A stretch of DNA of 64,000 bases from contig CAXXDV010000003.1 of the NCBI GenBank assembly GCA_963674745.2, forward strand, positions 1,824,001 through 1,888,000, read 5' to 3'. Source of the DNA: Desulfosudaceae bacterium. GTDB lineage: Bacteria > Desulfobacterota > Desulfobacteria > Desulfobacterales > Desulfosudaceae. Below, piece by piece: positions 10,973-21,014 of this stretch. A program made the position numbers and the translations under genes. Below the pieces are notes generated by a model, which saw only the letters and a program-made list of their open reading frames with translations, was not told the origin of the DNA and did no database searches. Numbering within the stretch: the stretch's first letter is position 1; every line of letters starts with the position of its first letter.

Positions 10973-11101
10973 CAACGCCACCCACACAGACTCGCAGGGG
11001 CGGGCTGTTTTGGCATTGGCGTAATTTGGAGTTAAACTTACTTTAGCGAAGTCTGCAAACCCTGCTCGCCGGTGGTGGCGGACGTTATGTGCAGGATATA
11101 A

Positions 11102-11620
11102 GTGATTACACACCTTGTAGAAAAATATGACAATGTAGACTTGGCAAATATTTTCCGGTTGAATGTCAAATTTTCGGGTTCTGTCTTTTTGCTCGCAATA
11201 GGAATAATGTTTGCCTTCTATTACGAAGATGGTTCATTAGACGAAGTACAAGCTTTATTTTGGTATATCCCCTTTTGTTTACTGATCTTTCTCAGCGGTT
11301 TGTTTGTGTTAATCAAGCAACGTTTTGTGAAGCAAATTTTTCGAATACATGCTTTATTTGCCTTGTTGTTGGCTGTTTTTGCTTTAATAGGATTAGTACC
11401 CTTTGTATTACAAGGTATTCCGGAAGGTAGTTTCCGCTGGAGCTTTGGCCTACCAACAGCCATAATAGTTTATGGAATATATCTGTTCAGAATTGGCTGG
11501 CTTGCAGACTGGGTCGATATTTATTGGTTTGTCAAATTCTCGCATGTGATAGCCGGTGCTTTTGTCGCATTATTAGAGCTCATTGTTTTAATATATATAA
11601 TTAAATTATTGGGCACATAA
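11102..11620 (+). CDS. Multi-TM cassette protein
   Basis: About 5 hydrophobic segments; GTG start. Confidence 0.75.
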   Translation: MITHLVEKYDNVDLANIFRLNVKFSGSVFLLAIGIMFAFYYEDGSLDEVQALFWYIPFCLLIFLSGLFVLIKQRFVKQIFRIHALFALLLAVFALIGLVPFVLQGIPEGSFRWSFGLPTAIIVYGIYLFRIGWLADWVDIYWFVKFSHVIAGAFVALLELIVLIYIIKLLGT

Positions 11621-11733
11621 CAATGCCTCTCACCCGGACTCGCAGGGGGCGGTCGGCCTTGGGTCTGGCGTTATTTGGAGTTAAACTCACTTTAGCGAAG
11701 TCCGCAAACCCTGCTTGCCGGTGGTGGCGGACG

Positions 11734-12138
11734 TTAAGTGCACTGAATCTGTACGGGAAACAAATAAAAAAAAGAATTTTGGCTGAAATCGACATTCGTT
11801 GCCAAAATGGTAATTGTCACCAAGTTGATATTTTTGTCCAGTAAAGATAAATTGTAATCTCGAACTGGCGCGGCCGAATGATAATGCGCCTTATTTGTCC
11901 GGATGAAAAGAGACCTACCCGTTTTCATAAGTTCATGATGGACAAGGCGTAAAAAGAAAAATATCATTTTATTTTATTTGCCCATGCTGTCGATAAAGTC
12001 TTTCTGAATAATGCGGGCACTTAACCAAGCAGCCCAAATGATAGCCAGGGCATTCGGCTTTTGAACATTCGGGGGAAATTGAACATCAACCACCTTAAAG
12101 TCAGTCACTGGAAGCCCTGGCTACTTTGGCTGCAGACG
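11734..12138. other. Repeated gene-less cassette, copy 4
   Basis: Near-identical to 3697-4102 with a 1-nt deletion. Confidence 0.85.
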
Positions 12139-12161
12139 TTAGTGTTTGAAAGAAAATCCTT

Positions 12162-12482
12162 ATGGGGCCTATAAATATCGAAGCGCGTGAAAAAGCGGCT
12201 ATCAAAGCAATCAAATCAGCATATGGTACTCCTGAGCAAGAAGATGGAGTTACCCTGTTTGCAGAACATCATATTGAAGAACTTGAACCTGAATATTGGG
12301 TGAAACACCTCGGGATTAAGAACCCAGACCCAAAAAAAGTATTGGATTTACTTGTGCTTCGGGAACACTGGGATGAAGATCGTGTTTTTGACTTTACTCT
12401 TCCAGAAAACGTTACGGATTATGTTATTAGCGTTGAGTTCGATGACAATGGTGAAATTGAAGATATAACGATGGAAAGTTAA
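12162..12482 (+). CDS. DUF2004-like cassette protein
   Basis: C-terminal DFTL..TDYVISVEFDDNGEIEDITMES motif, recognised from memory. Confidence 0.65.
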   Translation: MGPINIEAREKAAIKAIKSAYGTPEQEDGVTLFAEHHIEELEPEYWVKHLGIKNPDPKKVLDLLVLREHWDEDRVFDFTLPENVTDYVISVEFDDNGEIEDITMES

Positions 12483-12634
12483 TTAAAAAAACACTAACAA
12501 CGCCACCCACACGGACTCGCAGGGGCGGGCCGCCTTGGATTTGGCGTAATTTTGAGTTAAACTCACTTTAAGGAAGTCCGCAAACCCTGCTCGCCGGTGG
12601 TGGCGGACGTTATGCCGAAAAACCAGGAAAGATT

Positions 12635-13036
12635 ATGGCTGATTTAGACAAGCTGATAGAAGATATAAATAATTACCAGAGACGATCAGATATTGATGAG
12701 TTTAAATCAGAATTATTACAAAATTATTTATATTTCTTTCTCATAGATGATGGTTCATTTAAGCAAGTCACAGAAATAGTTTGGACAAGCAAAGATAGGC
12801 CTGTAAATGTCCCCCTAATAAATGAAGAAAATGAGACCTACGGCGTCCTATATACCTCCAAAAAGAACGCAATGAACAGTATGGAAGATAGATTTGTGAT
12901 TTCATATATGAAAGGCCCGAAAGCTTTAAAATTTATGCGAGGAATTAAAAATTTGACCCAGGTTATTGTTCAAGGAAAAAATACGTTTGTACATTTAGAT
13001 CGCACTACGATTGATGAAATATTAAGCAGGGCATAA
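12635..13036 (+). CDS. Hypothetical (possibly SseB-like) cassette protein
   Basis: AGGA RBS; P......LYTS motif is only weakly SseB-like. Confidence 0.6.
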   Translation: MADLDKLIEDINNYQRRSDIDEFKSELLQNYLYFFLIDDGSFKQVTEIVWTSKDRPVNVPLINEENETYGVLYTSKKNAMNSMEDRFVISYMKGPKALKFMRGIKNLTQVIVQGKNTFVHLDRTTIDEILSRA

Positions 13037-13163
13037 CCACGCCACCCACACTGACTCGCAGGGGCGGTCGGCCTTGGGTTTTGGCGTAATTTGGAGTTAA
13101 ACTCACTTTAGCGAAGTCCGCAAACCCTGCTCGCCGGTGGTGGCGGACGTTATATGATAAAAA

Positions 13164-13757
13164 ATGACTAACCTGACGCTAATGAGAAATAGGCTTTTTT
13201 TATTTGTTAAAATTTCAACAGGTACTATCTTGCTTGGTATATACTTAAATTTTATTATTATTTATGCTTGGGCGCATTTATTGAATTTGGAAATTGAAAT
13301 ATCTAAACAAATGTACTTCAATGTTGGACAACCAATTTTTTTATTAGGTTCTCCGTTGGCAATCTTTACTGTAATCATTCAACTGACAATCATAATCGGT
13401 TTAGCCTTTATCCTGAGTAAAAATCTAAAGTGGTACAGAAAAATTTATGTGTGTGTGGCAGTGGTATCCGTTGCAATATTTATAGCATTGCCAAATATTA
13501 TCACTTATAGAGGATCTTCTCATTGTCACAGACTTGAAGTTGTGTCTAACAATATGCTGGATAAAGCTACCTCATATTTCAGAATTCACCCAGACACAGA
13601 AGTTTTGCCCAAGGTTACAGATATTGTGGAAAGAGTTCCTCCTGGTTTTTCGGTCGAAATTTTCAGAAATGAAAATGAAAGAATAGAAATGATTGTAAAA
13701 ATAAAAAGAAATCAATGTCCAAAATTTGATTCGGTTACAAAATATGTCCAGATTTAA
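13164..13757 (+). CDS. Membrane cassette protein
   Basis: Three TM segments plus a C-terminal soluble domain. Confidence 0.75.
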   Translation: MTNLTLMRNRLFLFVKISTGTILLGIYLNFIIIYAWAHLLNLEIEISKQMYFNVGQPIFLLGSPLAIFTVIIQLTIIIGLAFILSKNLKWYRKIYVCVAVVSVAIFIALPNIITYRGSSHCHRLEVVSNNMLDKATSYFRIHPDTEVLPKVTDIVERVPPGFSVEIFRNENERIEMIVKIKRNQCPKFDSVTKYVQI

Positions 13758-13921
13758 ATAAAATCATATAACAATGCCACTCACCCGGACTCGCAGGGGC
13801 AGTCGGCCTTGAGTTTATGCATAGGTTAGTGTTAAACGCACTTTAGCGAAGTCTGCAAACCCTGCTCGCCGGTGGTGGCAGACGTTATATGAATCAAGAA
13901 TTTTAGAACTGGAGATACAAA

Positions 13922-14320
13922 ATGAAAAAGAACCTAAAATGGAAATTATTGGCCACTATCGTAGTATGCTGTATTGCAGTTTATTTTGTACTCACCAAAC
14001 CAATTCCCCGTGGTATCGATTTGGCAGGTGGCACATACTTCACCATTGAAGTTATGACTGATGGCCTTTCAGATGAAAAGAAGAACGAAGCGGTTGATCA
14101 AACTCTTGCGGTATATCGTAATAGAGTTGATGAAATTGGCGTCGCTGGGACAATCATACAACGTGCAGGAGAAAATCAAATTCGCGTACAGATTCCTGGC
14201 ATCGACACAAAAGAATCAGAGAGGATTAAAGGGATTTTATCAAGACAGGCGCACCTTGAATTTAGGGTCGTTGTAGATGGCCCTGGGAAACCAATAACAA
14301 TAAATAATAAAAGCATATAA
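13922..14320 (+). CDS. SecD N-terminal fragment cassette (copy 2)
   Basis: One aa difference from 6652-7050. Confidence 0.8.
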   Translation: MKKNLKWKLLATIVVCCIAVYFVLTKPIPRGIDLAGGTYFTIEVMTDGLSDEKKNEAVDQTLAVYRNRVDEIGVAGTIIQRAGENQIRVQIPGIDTKESERIKGILSRQAHLEFRVVVDGPGKPITINNKSI

Positions 14321-14477
14321 CAACACCATGCACTTGACTCGCAGGGGCGGGCTGCTTTTAAAGTATCGTGGTTCGGTGTTAACGTGGCTTTGCAAAAGTC
14401 ACCTTTCCCTGCTCCCAAGTGACGGTGGACGTTAACTGCATAATAGGTTCTAAATAAATTCAAGGGAAACGTTTCAG

Positions 14478-14798
14478 ATGCAAGATGTTTTCTTTTTATA
14501 TATTGTTTGTGCGATTACCCTAATACCAGTATGGATTACTTTGATACTGAGAAAATTCTTTCCAAATAAATTATGGCTTGGACTAATAGTCAGTTTCGTC
14601 TTTAATGGATTTGGACATTTTTATCGAAAAGGCGGATTCGTTTATTGCTTGGTGATTCTTTTAATCCAAGCCTTAATAATGATACAAACCGAAAACGAAG
14701 AGATTTTTTTTATTATACCAATGCTGCTCTCACCTTTAATTATGTTTGCCCGTTTTCGACTACCCGCAATCAATAATATTGAAGGGAACAGCAGTTAA
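14478..14798 (+). CDS. Small multi-TM cassette protein
   Basis: Hydrophobic; stop in the attC core. Confidence 0.75.
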   Translation: MQDVFFLYIVCAITLIPVWITLILRKFFPNKLWLGLIVSFVFNGFGHFYRKGGFVYCLVILLIQALIMIQTENEEIFFIIPMLLSPLIMFARFRLPAINNIEGNSS

Positions 14799-14924
14799 CA
14801 ACGCCACTCACGCCGACTCGCAGGGGCGGGCTGCCTTTGCCTTGGTGTAGGTTGGTGTTAAACTCACTTTAGCGAAGTCCGTAAACCCTGCTCGCCGGTG
14901 GTGGCGGACGTTAACTGTATATAA

Positions 14925-15122
14925 ATGACCAGATCTACGTTTGATAAGCTCAAGATTATTGGGCACATAATTGGAATGATAATCGTTCTTACTGGAGCAT
15001 ATCTTTCAATATTTACGAATTGTGGGGGGCAATACTTTATAGTTGGATTTTTGATTTATTGGGTCATCAACTATGGGTTCGTTAGAGGAATAATTGAAAT
15101 GAAATATCTCAAAGACGAATGA
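14925..15122 (+). CDS. Small two-TM cassette protein
   Basis: 65 aa, starts right after the core site. Confidence 0.65.
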   Translation: MTRSTFDKLKIIGHIIGMIIVLTGAYLSIFTNCGGQYFIVGFLIYWVINYGFVRGIIEMKYLKDE

Positions 15123-15338
15123 AAAAATACCAACCATTGGAATATTTAACCCAAATTTGAACAGACCGGATTAGAAAAAAACATATAAAAAAAAGCAGTT
15201 AACAACACGTTGGTAGGGACCGCAAGGGGCGTCCGGTTTTGGCTCTTACCACATTTATTCATTAACGAGTTTTTGCGGGTGGCCCGTTCCCCTTGCGGCC
15301 CCACACCGTGGACGTTATGCTCCATAAAAGGATGAGTC

Positions 15339-15743
15339 TTGGCCGATAAAATTTTAATGACCTTGATTTATATTCTCCCTATAGGAGGTATTTCCTACTT
15401 CCTTTTAAAAATTTCAGTTCGCCAATTCAAAGTATGGAAAAAAAGTTCGGCCAGCATTGAGGGTGTAAAGTCAGCGCGCATCAAATCGATCTTGTCAATT
15501 ATCGCATGTTTAGCGGGAATGACATTGGGCTCATTATGGCTTTGCATGATATGGTTTCCAAGCATCCAATTCCCTTTACTTGTGAAGATTCTTTTCTTTA
15601 TTCTTTTAATACCATTCATGTGCTTTTTGGCATTACTTGGGGGGTTGGGAAAAGCCGTTGGGGCTGGTGCTGATTCTGCCACGGGTGTATTGAATGATTT
15701 AAATAGTATGGTTTCTGAAAAGCCCGAGAATAAGGGCAATTAA
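15339..15743 (+). CDS. Membrane cassette protein
   Basis: TTG start with AAGGA RBS; three TM segments. Confidence 0.7.
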   Translation: MADKILMTLIYILPIGGISYFLLKISVRQFKVWKKSSASIEGVKSARIKSILSIIACLAGMTLGSLWLCMIWFPSIQFPLLVKILFFILLIPFMCFLALLGGLGKAVGAGADSATGVLNDLNSMVSEKPENKGN

Positions 15744-15877
15744 GGGAGCATAACCACGCCACTCACACGGACTCGCAAGGGCGGGCGGCTTTTGTTGTGG
15801 CGTAATTTGTAGTTGAACTCACTTTAGCGAAGTCCGCAAACCCTGCTCGCCGGTGGTGGCGGACGTTAGGAGCATTA

Positions 15878-16297
15878 ATGACTCTTTCAAATCGATGGGT
15901 CTTCAATCTCATAATAATTTGGTCAATTCCTTGGTGTTACGCAGCTGCGGTAGCAGGTTCAAGAGCGATATTTACCTTTCTTGATATGCAACCTGAACAA
16001 TATGGATCAATGGTTGGATTGATAATGATATTAACCCCCATAATAGTCCTGACAAATTTTAGATTTAACCCTTTTGGTAAATACGCAACAATTGCGCTAC
16101 TATTATTATATTCAATATTTTCTATTACTCATGTTGTGAACATGGTGAATACAGACTACTATGAAAAAACTGGGGAGTTTCCACTTACTCCTTTTATCTC
16201 TGCAATAAATCTCTTTGTTATTTATTATTTAATCGGTAAACCATACAAACAAAGATTTGAAGAGTTTAGACAAAAACAAAATGGGCAATTTGCATAA
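15878..16297 (+). CDS. Four-TM cassette protein
   Basis: AGGAG RBS overlapping the GTTAGGA core. Confidence 0.8.
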   Translation: MTLSNRWVFNLIIIWSIPWCYAAAVAGSRAIFTFLDMQPEQYGSMVGLIMILTPIIVLTNFRFNPFGKYATIALLLLYSIFSITHVVNMVNTDYYEKTGEFPLTPFISAINLFVIYYLIGKPYKQRFEEFRQKQNGQFA

Positions 16298-16448
16298 AAC
16301 GGCTCCTAACCATTCAGCCCAGTAGGATCGCCAGGGCACTCGGTTTTTGAACATCCGTGCTGAATTGAACATTAACAGACTTTAAGAAAGTCGGAGGAAG
16401 CCCTGGCGCCCTCTGGCTGAAGACGTTATGTGCAAAATGTGAATAAGC

Positions 16449-16931
16449 ATGAACCAAGATAAAAACGATTACAATTATATTAACGCTGCAGATGATGCAT
16501 ATAGGCATGCGATCTTTGAGGCCTTGATGCATTACCAAATGGTGGAAGATCTTTTACGTAATTGTATTTTATTGAGTTACGAAATTTTAAACGCATCATC
16601 TCATGAGAAAGTGACATATAAACCGTCCCAAAAACACCTTGACGATATACGAAAAAGAAAAGGCCTTGGAGGGCTAGTCGACGTTTTTGAGACATTAACT
16701 CATCATAAAGATTTGTGTGCCAGAATTAAACAGGAAGCTGCAAACAGAAATATTGTAGCACACCGAGCTGCTGCTGATTACTTACAATTTCCTTTAAGTA
16801 AAGACGGCGCTGAAGAGTGTTTTTTAAGAGCTTCAGATATTGATGAATTTGCAACTAAAGCAAGCTGGCTATACGAAGATTTATATAGAGTCCATGAAGA
16901 AATAGAAAAAATTCATGGTGAAATTGTCTGA
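16449..16931 (+). CDS. Hypothetical cassette protein (RNxxAH, HEPN-like motif)
   Basis: RNIVAH fits the Rx4H HEPN pattern; helical protein. Confidence 0.6.
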   Translation: MNQDKNDYNYINAADDAYRHAIFEALMHYQMVEDLLRNCILLSYEILNASSHEKVTYKPSQKHLDDIRKRKGLGGLVDVFETLTHHKDLCARIKQEAANRNIVAHRAAADYLQFPLSKDGAEECFLRASDIDEFATKASWLYEDLYRVHEEIEKIHGEIV

Positions 16932-17056
16932 AGCACATAACCATTCAGCGCAAGAGGATCGCCAGGGCATTCGGGTTTTGAACATTCAGAGGAAGTTGAA
17001 CATAAACCATCTTTAAGACAGTCAGAGTAAGCCCTGGCGCCCTTTGGCTGAAGACG

Positions 17057-17461
17057 TTAAGTGCACTGATTCTGTACGGGAAAAAATAAAAAAAAGAATT
17101 TTGGCTGAAATCGACATTCGTTGCCAAAATGGTAATTGTCACCAAGTTGAATTTTTCGGCCAGTAAAGACAAATTGTAATTTCGAACTGGCGCGGCCAAA
17201 TGATAATGCGCCTTTATTTGTCCGGATGAAAAGAGACCTACCCGTTTTCATAAGTTCATGATGGACAAGGCGTAAAAAGAAAAATATCATTTTATTTTAT
17301 TTGCCCATGCTGTCGTTAAAGTCTTTCTGTATAATGCGGGCACTTAACCAAGCAGCCCAAATGATAGCCAGGGCATTCGGCTTTTGAACATTCGGGGGCA
17401 ATTGAACATCAACCACCTTAAAGTCAGTCACTGGAAGCCCTGGCTACTTTGGCTGCAGACG
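17057..17461. other. Repeated gene-less cassette, copy 5 (most diverged)
   Basis: Same element with several substitutions; TATAAT near its 3' end. Confidence 0.85.
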
Positions 17462-17483
17462 TTATGCGTTACATATAATTGAC

Positions 17484-17912
17484 ATGATAAAAGTTCTATT
17501 CGCTTTAGATGTTAAGGATGACTGGCCGCCTGTTGCGACTGAGGGTGTGTGGTGCGAACGTAATGACGCAAGCTACAAATTACTGAACACCCCATTTTTC
17601 ATCCCAGGATTGGCTCGTGGCGATTCATTTATTGCAGAATGCGATTCCGTCAACGGCCATATCTTTGATTTTAAAGTCATCGAAGAATCAGGACACTCTG
17701 TAATTTGGGTCATTAATCATAGCCATGAAAGTATTCGTGCAGACTTGATTGAGATTGAAAAACTTGGATGCGGAATTGAAAAACTCGAACAGTATCATTT
17801 GCATTCAATTGATGTGCCGAAGGGAGTTAATATCATCCGGTTGGATGAAATAACCCAAAGTCTCGAAAACAAGGGAGTCGCAATAGCTTATCCAGTTTGG
17901 AGACACGATTAA
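17484..17912 (+). CDS. DUF4265-like cassette protein
   Basis: E.VW....YKLLNTPFF..GLARGD...SGHS.IWV pattern, recognised from memory. Confidence 0.7.
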   Translation: MIKVLFALDVKDDWPPVATEGVWCERNDASYKLLNTPFFIPGLARGDSFIAECDSVNGHIFDFKVIEESGHSVIWVINHSHESIRADLIEIEKLGCGIEKLEQYHLHSIDVPKGVNIIRLDEITQSLENKGVAIAYPVWRHD

Positions 17913-18059
17913 AACAACCCGCATAACAACGCCACTCACACGGACTCGCAGGGGCGTGCGCCTTTTTCTTTGGCATAGTTTGGTGTTGAACTCACTTTAG
18001 CGAGGTCCGCAAACCCTGCTCGCCGGTGGTGGCGGGCGTTATAATTTTAAAGGACACTA

Positions 18060-18599
18060 ATGAACACCATCAAGCAAATAGCGACCATTATTTTTACAGT
18101 TCTTGTCTTCATATTTTTTTCGGAATTATTAAGTGCGAAATTTTCATTGTCAGACTTTTTTAAAGGCTCCCCTAAACCAACAATAAGCATTTATTTGTTA
18201 CCTTCGTATAAAACGGCCATCTCTGCTTGTAATTACTTCGACGAGCAAATAAAGTCTTACCAAGATGCTTATCTTACTGGTGACTCAGGTTTGATTATGA
18301 TGGCGAAAGATCGTGCTCATGGGGTTCGGAATTGTCTTCAATTCATTACTGAAGAAGACCTACCAAGTCATCTACGAAATGACCTTAACGATTTACTTCA
18401 AGATTATGATAATTATACAAAGAAAGCTAATTCGGCATATTTGAGCATTGCTGAAGGGAATCTTGAACATCAAAACGCTATACTCGAGCTTGCACAAGAA
18501 CAAAGAGCTATAAACACAAAATTGAATCAATTAACGCAATATTTTTATAAAGAACTTTCTGATAGCATAGAAAAGGTAAACGAGTATTACAAATTATAA
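18060..18599 (+). CDS. Exported hypothetical cassette protein
   Basis: Signal peptide; AAGGA RBS. Confidence 0.8.
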   Translation: MNTIKQIATIIFTVLVFIFFSELLSAKFSLSDFFKGSPKPTISIYLLPSYKTAISACNYFDEQIKSYQDAYLTGDSGLIMMAKDRAHGVRNCLQFITEEDLPSHLRNDLNDLLQDYDNYTKKANSAYLSIAEGNLEHQNAILELAQEQRAINTKLNQLTQYFYKELSDSIEKVNEYYKL

Positions 18600-18736
18600 C
18601 AAGGCATCGCAAGAGGATCGCCAGGGCATTCGGGTTTTTGAAAAGTCGGGGAAACTGAATATTAAACATCTTTAAGGAAAGTCAGTGGGAGCCCTGGCGC
18701 CCTTTGGCTGCCGCCGTTAGGCATAAAAACGCATTT

Positions 18737-19546
18737 ATGAAAAAAGTGGCTATTCTATTAGTATTATTTTTAATTTTTACAGCATTGATTTTTTTTATGA
18801 TGACAAGAAAAGATAGTATTGACAGCGAATCAGCTCAAAAAATCACCGAACAACTAGTTCGTGATGCCGTGTTGATCAAGTTCACGAACGATCGAGGACA
18901 AACCCCACACTATTGGGGAGGTATCCCTTCTGTTAATAAGAACCAATCATGGCCTGTATGCCCGAATTGTGGTAAGCCCCAGACATTCCTCGCTCAGATT
19001 GATACGACGAAAACTCCTGTCCCAGTCCAGATGGATCTCCCTGTTTTATGTTTCTTTGTATGTTTGGACTGCATTGGTACTTGGTGGGACAGTGAAGGCC
19101 CTTTAGGCTTCTCAGTTCTTCGCTTTAGTGGTGTAGGTGATCAAAGTTTAAATAGCGACCTCCCTCCGCGAGAACTCTCAAAGAAGACCATTGAGATGAC
19201 ACTTGGCCACTCACTGCCTTCATGGGGATGCTTGAACCATTATTCGCCAGAACTCTCCAAGCTTTCGTGTGATGCAGACCCTGATAAACCATGGGGTTTG
19301 TATGATGCACTACATCATAAAATATCCTCTGTCTCCACATATGGAGTTCATATGGGAGGATATCCAGATTTCTTTGAGGAGATAGCAACGCCCACGTGCA
19401 AAGAGTGTGGCCGTGAGATGCTCTTGGCTTTACAGGTTTACTCCGAAAACGTTGACTTGCTGGACGATTTGGGCGCTTGCTCACTGTATTTTTTCGTCTG
19501 CAAAGATCATACTGATTCGTCGACTTTGAGATATCAATGCGAATAA
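18737..19546 (+). CDS. DUF1963/YwqG-like cassette protein
   Basis: GG.P...WP.C..CGKP.TFLAQID and GGYP...LALQ...G..YFF motifs; N-terminal TM. Confidence 0.7.
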   Translation: MKKVAILLVLFLIFTALIFFMMTRKDSIDSESAQKITEQLVRDAVLIKFTNDRGQTPHYWGGIPSVNKNQSWPVCPNCGKPQTFLAQIDTTKTPVPVQMDLPVLCFFVCLDCIGTWWDSEGPLGFSVLRFSGVGDQSLNSDLPPRELSKKTIEMTLGHSLPSWGCLNHYSPELSKLSCDADPDKPWGLYDALHHKISSVSTYGVHMGGYPDFFEEIATPTCKECGREMLLALQVYSENVDLLDDLGACSLYFFVCKDHTDSSTLRYQCE

Positions 19547-19562
19547 ATAAAGGTGCCTAACA

Positions 19563-20280
19563 CATACAAGATGACCAGGCTGATGATGTCGCCGATGCCC
19601 GGAACGGATTTCAACAGCATATAGCTGTGGTAATCGTGGCCCTTGGCATGTTTGAGGATATGATATTCAACGCTGGAAAGATGCTGGTCATAAAAGCCGA
19701 TCAGCTGGACATCCAGATCAATGCTTTTCTGGGCGCTGGGATCGTCAAATCGATCTTCGACCAGCTTGCGATTGGCTTTGTACTTTAAGTTTTTTCCGAT
19801 CTCCGGCAGGTTGTACTGGGTGTTGGTGTTTTGGATATGCGCGATGAGTTCGCCCCGTTTGCGCGTCAGATGCATTCTTCTTCGCAGCAGGTCCCGGGTG
19901 GCCCGCATCGCGGCGGGGTATACAAAGGCCACCGGGAAATTGCCGCCCCTGATCAGGCTGGCAATTTTGTATGAGTCGATCCTGTCGTTTTTGGCCTTGC
20001 CGCCATGAATGGCTTTCATGTAAAGGGCATGTCCGAGGATAAACGGAATATTGCGGTTTTCGCAGAAATCTGCTACCCAATACCAGGAGAACATACATTC
20101 CACGGCGATGACAAGATCGTCCAGGAAGGGGGAGATCGCACGTTCGAGTGCATCCGGTTTTGATTTGATTTTTTTGTGATAAACAACCTGACCGTCACTG
20201 TCCAGAATACAGACATACAGTGATCTGGCGTGAAGGTCGATACCGCAGTAATACTTGTGCTGTTTGGTATAGAATTTCAT
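19563..20280 (-). pseudogene. Truncated IS110 transposase
   Basis: Identical to the full copy up to LVILY, then reads out into the attC. Confidence 0.9.
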
Positions 20281-20368
20281 TGGGCTTCCTCCTTTGTTTT
20301 TGGTTTTTGCCAACTCCAATTTCTCAGCATAATGGTATGCTGTTTGAAGGGGGAGGCTCAATGATTAT
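19563..20368 (-). mobile_element. Internally deleted IS110/IS1111-type element in attC
   Basis: Identical to 22297-23102; flanked by the CA core; lacks the 3' non-coding region and the transposase C-terminus. Confidence 0.9.
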
Positions 20369-20520
20369 CAATGCCACTCACACAGACTCGCAGGGGCGCG
20401 CGGCATTGGTTCTGGCATAGTTTGGTGTTGAACTAACACTTAGCGAAGTTCGCCAACCCTGCTTGCCGGTGGTGGCCGACGTTAGAATTATTAACGAAAA
20501 TTTTTGCCGACAATCGTTTT

Positions 20521-20874
20521 ATGGGAGCAAATATGGAAGCGAAAATCATTGCAGATTATGAAGGGCTGGGAAAGTGTGCCTGGTGCGATAAGCAAATTGA
20601 TGAAAACTCTCCCGTCTATGGATTCGGCATACAATTTCGCGAAGGTGTTGAATTAACTAAATACGAAGGCAAGATGATTGAGCTATCAATTCTTACAGAG
20701 AATAAAAACGTCCCAATGATGATAACCATAGAAGGATCTGACGCGAAAATCGATGGTCACGATGCAATGTTTATGACCTGCTCCAACAAGTGTGGACATG
20801 AAATGAAAAAGGCTCTACTGAGAGAGAAATCCATTGGGGACATGTTTGAAGAAATAAACAACCTAAATAATTGA
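20521..20874 (+). CDS. Hypothetical cassette protein (CxxC, CxxxC)
   Basis: Fills the cassette. Confidence 0.75.
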   Translation: MGANMEAKIIADYEGLGKCAWCDKQIDENSPVYGFGIQFREGVELTKYEGKMIELSILTENKNVPMMITIEGSDAKIDGHDAMFMTCSNKCGHEMKKALLREKSIGDMFEEINNLNN

Positions 20875-21014
20875 AGAAATTCTAACAAGGCCGCTCAAAG
20901 GATCGCCAGGGCAGTCGGGTTTTGAAAAGTCAGGGGAGCTGAACATTAACCACCTTTAAGGCAAGTCAGTGGAAGCCCTGGCTCCCATTGGCGGCCGCCG
21001 TTAAGTGTATAAAA

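Larger units (their letters stand above)
162..18722 (+). repeat. 35 uninterrupted attC sites (~115-130 bp, two main families)
   Basis: 162-289, 909-1036, 1551-1675, 2089-2217, 2485-2609, 3037-3160, 3574-3702, 3983-4108, 4562-4688, 5022-5145, 5426-5551, 5866-5989, 6493-6620, 7045-7167, 7593-7717, 7998-8123, 8583-8709, 9181-9309, 9859-9985, 10520-10644, 10967-11090, 11615-11739, 12019-12144, 12492-12615, 13031-13155, 13766-13890, 14315-14437, 14793-14916, 15197-15320, 15748-15871, 16304-16431, 16935-17062, 17342-17467, 17921-18044, 18594-18722. Family A: ACGCCAC..GACTCGCAGGGG..CCCTGCTCGCCGGTGGTGGCGGACGTT. Family B: CAGCCCA..GCCAGGGCA..AAGCCCTGGC..TGGCTG..ACGTT. Confidence 0.95.

Noticed and set aside
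162..18722. CRISPR array
   Set aside because: Repeats are ~125 bp, variable and separated by whole genes; they are attC sites, and no cas genes are present.
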